Position numbers and translations under genes: made by a program
Origin: Amoebidium appalachense
Taxonomy: Eukaryota; Protista; Ichthyosporea
Length of the DNA: 64,000 nt
Direction of reading: 5' to 3'
Assembly (NCBI GenBank): GCA_963693365.1
Contig: CAVNZM010000004.1
Span: forward strand, 7,601,093-7,665,092
Shown here: positions 58,357-64,000 of the stretch, piece by piece
How positions within the stretch are numbered: the stretch's first letter is position 1
How the letters are laid out: the number at the start of each line of letters is the position of its first letter
Notes under the pieces: generated by a model
The model's database searches: none
The model's input: only the letters and a program-made list of their open reading frames with translations
Told to the model about the DNA's origin: nothing

Positions 58357-58417
58357 AGGCACTGCCTGTCGGCCACAAGCCCGCCAATCGGCTGAGGGCT
58401 GCGGCGTCATATCGCCC
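58357..58417 (-). promoter_or_regulatory. SECIS element (type II) of SELENOF, followed by AATAAA (58348-58343)
   Basis: Minus strand reads gggcgat-AUGAC-gccgcagccc-UCA-gcc-gauu-ggc-gggcuuguggc-CGAC-aggcagugccu. It shows the AUGA/GA kink-turn core, a 10-bp helix II with one bulge and an apical mini-stem, ~210 nt after the stop codon. Confidence 0.85.
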
Positions 58418-58628
58418 AATCAAAAACCGCCACCTACTACCATAAATGGCACGTGCACGCGTATAAAACCACCGTGGTAACCTCCAACCGCAGTTACCAA
58501 ATTTGGCAATGGAGGTGCAGGTTTTAACCGCACACCCCACTACCTGTAGGTACCCTTAGTCTTGGTACCCTTAAACTGCACAATCATGCCATATATGGTA
58601 GGTGGGAAAGTGACAGGAATTTCCCTTT

Positions 58629-59697
58629 TTAGGAACTGGGCTGGCCCAATTTCTCCTTCAGGAATTCCTTGATGGTGTCACGCTTCCACGTCTCAATCCT
58701 GCCACCCAGACCCCCCTCAATCAGCTAGTAATCACGAGCACATACATGTAACGATAATATATATACAAAAAACACAATTATCTATCCTGTTACGGGTTAA
58801 GCAATTTCAACAAACCCTCGGTGCTACTATTGAGGCCACCCGATCATATTGCACAAATAACCCATGTTTTGTTATGGATTTGCATATATCTAACGAAATA
58901 TCATATACACAAACACAAAAATCTCTCTCCTGTTACGGGTTAAGCAATAGAACAAACCCTTGCTGCTATTATTAAAGCCACCCGATCATAGTGGGTGCAC
59001 AAATAACCCAGTCTTGTAATGGATTTGGACTATTCCGCAAAAGTGTTGCTAACGAAAGCGCCCCCCCCCTCCCCCCCCCCCCCCCCCCTCTCCCCCTCCT
59101 TCCCCCCAAACACGTACACAGGAATACATCCACCCACACAAATAGACCCAATATGCAAACACACAATAAAAAAGTAAACACACGTGCTCTGTAAACAGTG
59201 ATGTATGTATACACAGAGCATTCACACAGCTTTGAAGCCCCCCCCCCCCCCCCCCCTCTCCCCCCCTCCCCAGAGAGAAATCGGAAAGGGAAGACGAAGA
59301 GAGGGACCGCGGGGGGGGGGGGGGGGGGGGGGGGGGGGTGATGTATGCGTTAGAGGGTTGGAAATATGGAGGAGACAACAACGAGCACCAACAAAACGTT
59401 ACCAAAGTGGGGGGGGGGGGGGGCAGAGAGGGAGAGAGAGACGGCAGAAGGGAAGGTAGAGGGAGGGAGGGAGGGAGCGAGGGGAGGGGGGGGGGGGGGG
59501 GGGGCTGGGAGAGAGATTGAGAGAGAGAGGGGGGGGGGGGGGGGGGGGGGAGAGAGAGAGGGAGAGAGAGAAAGAGAAAGGAAGAGACAGAAAGACAGGG
59601 CAAGAGAGAGGGAATGAGGGGGGGTGGGGGGTGGGATGAAGAGGTGCAGCACACGGAAAGCCCAAAAGGGCGAAATAAGGGAGAGGATGGGAGCCGT

Positions 59698-59733
<36 letters not shown>

Positions 59734-59840
59734 GAGAGAGAGAGTGTGTGTGTGTGTGTCTGATACGAGGGAGGGGGAAACAATGTGTAGACCAGGTGCA
59801 TTAGGTCACTTGCAGATGTGTGCCGTGGCTGTTAGAAAAG

Positions 59841-59901
<61 letters not shown>

Positions 59902-60140
59902 GGTGGGTGGGTGGGTGGGAGTGTATGTCTGTGTGTGTTTGTGTGGGTGGGTGGGAGGGGGGGGGGGGGGGGGGAGGGGGGAAGGGTCCACGTACGAGAC
60001 CAGATCCATCAACTCTCCAGAGTCGCTCATCAGATGAAGCTCCGGGCTCTTACCACCCTGGTACTCCACTGCACAGCAATGGTTAAAAAAAAAACCAGAG
60101 AGGGAGACCTGGGGGAGCGAGGGTGAGAGGGGGGGGGGGG

Positions 60141-60175
<35 letters not shown>

Positions 60176-60197
60176 GGGGGGGGGGGAGGGAGAGAGG

Positions 60198-60231
<34 letters not shown>

Positions 60232-60958
60232 ACGGGAGGGGAGTGAGCGCGGAAGCAAGGGAATGTGGGAGGGAGGGAGGGAAGGGGGGAAGGGGGGAAG
60301 GGGCGGAGGGGAGGGGGCAGGAAGGGAGAAGGGAGGAGGGAAGGGAGGGAAGGGAGGGAGGAGGAGTGTGGTGGGAAAGGAAAGGGAGGAAGGAGAGAGA
60401 AAGAAAGACGGAGATTCTCCATGCACTCAGACAATCAGGGGGCAAAACGACCATCACAAGGTCAATCAACGCTGGATACATGCATTTCTCTTTCTCTCTT
60501 GCACCCCTCCCCCCCCCCTCCCCTCCCCCCTACACACACATACCACCCCTCCCCCTATCCTCCCTCCCCTCCCCCCCCCCCCCCCCTCCCCTTCATACAC
60601 ACACGAACACACGCACACCCTGCAGGAACACTCCTCCCCTCTCTCTCTCTCTCTCTCCCCCCCCCCCCCCCTCCTTCCCCTCACCTCTCCTCCTCTCCCA
60701 TAGGTGCACACACATGCCTTCAGAGCGCCCCCCCACCCCCCCACCCCACCCCTCTCCCCCACGGTTCTCTTGTTTACCTTGTCCGCACTAAACAGCAAAA
60801 ATACTCTCCCCCTCCAAATCCCAACCTCATCCTCCTCGCACACGCACGCACGCATGCGCGCGCGCACACACACACGCACACACACACACACACGCACACA
60901 CACACACGCACACACACACACACGCACACACACACACACGCACGCACACACACACACG

Positions 60959-61001
<43 letters not shown>

Positions 61002-61429
61002 ACACACAACCAGAGAGACAGCCACACCCCTGCAAGTCCGCTTTCTTACCTCTGAAGTTTGGAATCTTGGTTGAATCGTGATCGATGAACTCTGGGAGGT
61101 AAACATGTCAGCACGTGACTGGGGATCACAAGTATACATCCAAATGCACACACACGGGCACGTACACACCCACATCTACACACATCCCCACCCCTCCCTC
61201 CCCCACCACCACACACACACACACACCCCATCTCTTCCTCAATTCTTAGCTCTTTGAACTCAAATTTTCACCTAAAAGTATGCCGTCATGCACCAATCCT
61301 CTCTCACCCCTCACATTAATGTTGCTCCCTGAGCCATATATTTCATTTCACAACCACTCCTCCCTGCCCCCTCCTCCCCCCTCCCCGCGAAAAGAAAAAA
61401 AGAAAAAGAAGAACAACAACCTTGAAAAA

Positions 61430-61468
<39 letters not shown>

Positions 61469-61670
61469 TAAACATAGTAGCTTTTCGATATGCACTGGTT
61501 TCATGTGCAGGCCCACTCACCGACGATCGACTGGAAGCGGCCCAATTTTCATTTGCACACAACCAGCTTGGCGCTGGCAGCTAGCGGCACCTGCAACACC
61601 CACTCAGGATCGGTGCACACACACAGAGAGAGAGAGACACAAACACACAAATGCAAGCGCAGGCCCACAC

Positions 61671-61720
<50 letters not shown>

Positions 61721-63343
61721 ATTGGGTTGGAATTTTGTCTCTGCGTGAACTGCCTTCAACCCTCCTCTACTTCCCTCCTCCCTTCCTGAACTGATCCCCC
61801 CCCCCTTCCTCCCTCCCCCCCCCACACACACAAATACAAACACTAACCCCCAGTTATCAACAATGTCTGTAATTGATATATACAGACATTGGCTAACCTC
61901 GTCGCCTACACTGCCCCCCCCCCCCCCCCCCCCATCCTCCCTACTCCCATCCCCCCTCCCCCAACCACAACCACTACAACCACACACACACACAAAACAC
62001 GCACATAGATCCATCCTCAAGTAAACAACACTATTTAATTAGTACCCAATATTCAAAAGGAACAACTCCACACATCTAAAGAAAATACAAACAAACAAAA
62101 TAACATTAACACGCCTACCTTGGCCTCCTTGACAGTTTCTTCCTCCCCCCCCTCCCCCACTCCCCCTCCCCGGGGCCCCCCCACCCTCCTTCCCATCGTC
62201 ATTCAACGGCAACTTACAAATTACATTTTAAAGTTACAATAAGAATATAAACATCAAAGCACTTGTGCACACACCTTTGCCTCCTCGACTGCACTGCAGC
62301 AGGACCTGCACTCATTCTCCAAAGAGCCGAGACCAAAGTCCCCAAGCAGGTCGCACGTGCTGTCCCCGACAAAAACTTTAGTGCACGCCATGTTCAAAAA
62401 CAGCCACCAAATGACGACCAATGACACAACAAAATGTGGCAAAGGAAAATAGCGCCTGGGGAGAGGGGGGGCGGGGCGGGGGGGGAAGGGGGAGGGGGGA
62501 AGGGGGGAAAGACGGCAGGAGAAAAAGGAGGAGCCGGGGGGGGGGGAGGAGGGGAGAGAGAGGGGGGAGGGAGAGGAGGAGGTGGAATTGCGGACGTGAA
62601 CGTGTCTTGACTACTATCGGGGGGTGGCTCTGTTCACCCGTGGTACATCGACTTTCAGAAAGGTGTGTCTATGCCTCAAGATCGGGTGCTAACCGAAACA
62701 AGCCCATTCGGCCTTGTGCACTAGAACCACAGTAGTGGCGTGCCATGTACAGGCAGTGGCAGTGAGTCTGTCTGAGTGTGTGCACAATGCAAGCATGCAC
62801 GGACGCACAACGGTTCGCGTACACAAACGCACACAGCATCAACGTACACGCACACCAACGGGCCATTTCTCACTTTTACCTGCAGAGACAGGCACACATG
62901 CTGGTTCAAAAGTGCAACATTTGAATCCAGCCACACACACACAGGTACACACTTGCAGACACACACACAGACTCACCTACACATGTACAACACACACCAG
63001 CAGCTGCATCCACACGCCCGCAAGCACCCGGGCACTCCCGCACCCGCATGCGCGTGCACAAACACACTTATACACAAAAAAATCCATACGCGAGCCTAGG
63101 CACACACACACACGCACGCACGCACGCACACACACGCACACACACACACACACGCACGCACGCACGCACGCACACACGCACGCGCACACCCACACCCACA
63201 CCCACACACCCACACACACACGCGCACACTTACCGACACTGCAGGGCATCGGTGTAGCCTTTGGCGAGGCAGTCGAGGGCGGCGCAGACGCTAGCCAGCT
63301 GCAGCGCCACAGCTGTGGCGACTAGCAGGGCCTCGCGCCGCAT
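58629..63343 (-). CDS. SELENOF: Selenoprotein F (Sep15), 149 aa, with UGA-encoded selenocysteine
   Basis: Exons 63343-63234, 62359-62275, 61590-61521, 61091-61050, 60068-59996 and 58698-58629 are all in phase. Signal peptide, Cys-rich domain ([35 protein letters not shown]), LVVCK-U-KLGRF with TGA at 61551-61549, and C-terminal [18 protein letters not shown]. Confidence 0.95.
58781..59026. repeat. Diverged ~100-bp tandem duplication in the last SELENOF intron
   Basis: TCCTGTTACGGGTTAAGCAAT...GCCACCCGATCATA...GCACAAATAACCCA...ATGGATTTG at 58781-58882 and 58924-59026. Confidence 0.85.
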
Positions 63344-64000
63344 AGCGCGTAGGAAAAAGAAGAAACACCAGCAAAGGAAAAAAAAAATTAAACGAAAAAC
63401 GTAAGACTTGGTGAAGTGTGTTGCCAAGGAGGGAAGGGTACCGGTGATGGCTCTGAGCCACCAGACGTACTAAAAAAACATTTGTGTAGTGCGGTCGTCT
63501 GGTAGCGAAGAGCATTCCCTCTTCGAGCAGGGTCGTTGTATAAAAAGATTCAAATAAACTGCTTGCGCAAGCTGATGTCGCAAACCGGTGGCTGAGCCTT
63601 CTGAGATCGATGTACACGTGATCATGATCAACCCCTGTGTTAGAAAAACACGTTTGCGAAGTGCCCATGATGGATGTTTGAGTGTCCAATGGTATGTGTA
63701 GTACTGAGTAATCAACTAATCTACGCTTTGTAAGGTGCCCATTTTATAGATATAAAGTAGTGGGTTGTTTGGTAAGGCGAGGGAACAAAGTTCATTTCTT
63801 TCTTGATAGGCACAGGCCACACAAACAAGAACATCGTCTAGGTTTCAGAAGGAGACAGACAGAACGCAGAGGGGTAGCCAGAGGGGAAGACAGGCACAAT
63901 GAAGGTCAAAACTATATCACGCAACGATGAGGATTATACACGGTCAAACACACGTGACCTCTACAAGGTGCACAGGAACATGAACCCTGCACAGCATCCG

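Noticed and set aside
61549-61551. Premature stop codon implying a SELENOF pseudogene
   Set aside because: The TGA aligns with the CxU redox motif, downstream exons are intact and a SECIS is present.
62115-62145. Possible extra SELENOF micro-exon (EETVKEAK|GTAGGC)
   Set aside because: It has a donor-like end but a purine-rich upstream region with no credible acceptor, and the gene model is complete without it.

Overview
Eukaryotic genomic DNA with GT-AG introns packed with (CA)n/(GT)n, (GA)n and long poly-G/poly-C tracts, so nearly all six-frame ORFs supplied are low-complexity artefacts. Manual exon assembly gives six genes: (1) a minus-strand protein with two calponin-homology domains, running off the left edge; (2) a plus-strand Pro-rich, triple-SH3 RBR-type E3 ubiquitin ligase with a Cys-rich tail; (3) an intronless 66-aa YABBY/HMG-box-like protein; (4) mitochondrial ribosomal protein uS5m (10 exons); (5) a two-exon C2H2 zinc-finger protein; (6) selenoprotein F (Sep15) with an in-frame UGA and a SECIS that has a non-canonical apical loop. 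There is also an orphan ORF. YxN phosphotyrosine motifs, SH3 domains and SelenoF suggest a unicellular holozoan such as an ichthyosporean (inference only). Repeats include TTAA-flanked and Harbinger-like MITEs, a possible solo LTR, a 6.8-kb segment bounded by 67-bp inverted repeats, and a 1.6-kb intronic satellite with a 174-bp higher-order period. The most interesting signal is a dispersed repeat family (six copies, all sense to the host or nearest gene). Its covarying stems and CUGANGA/GAAAC motifs assemble into a hammerhead ribozyme with a non-circularly permuted strand order. No copy in the window is fully intact.
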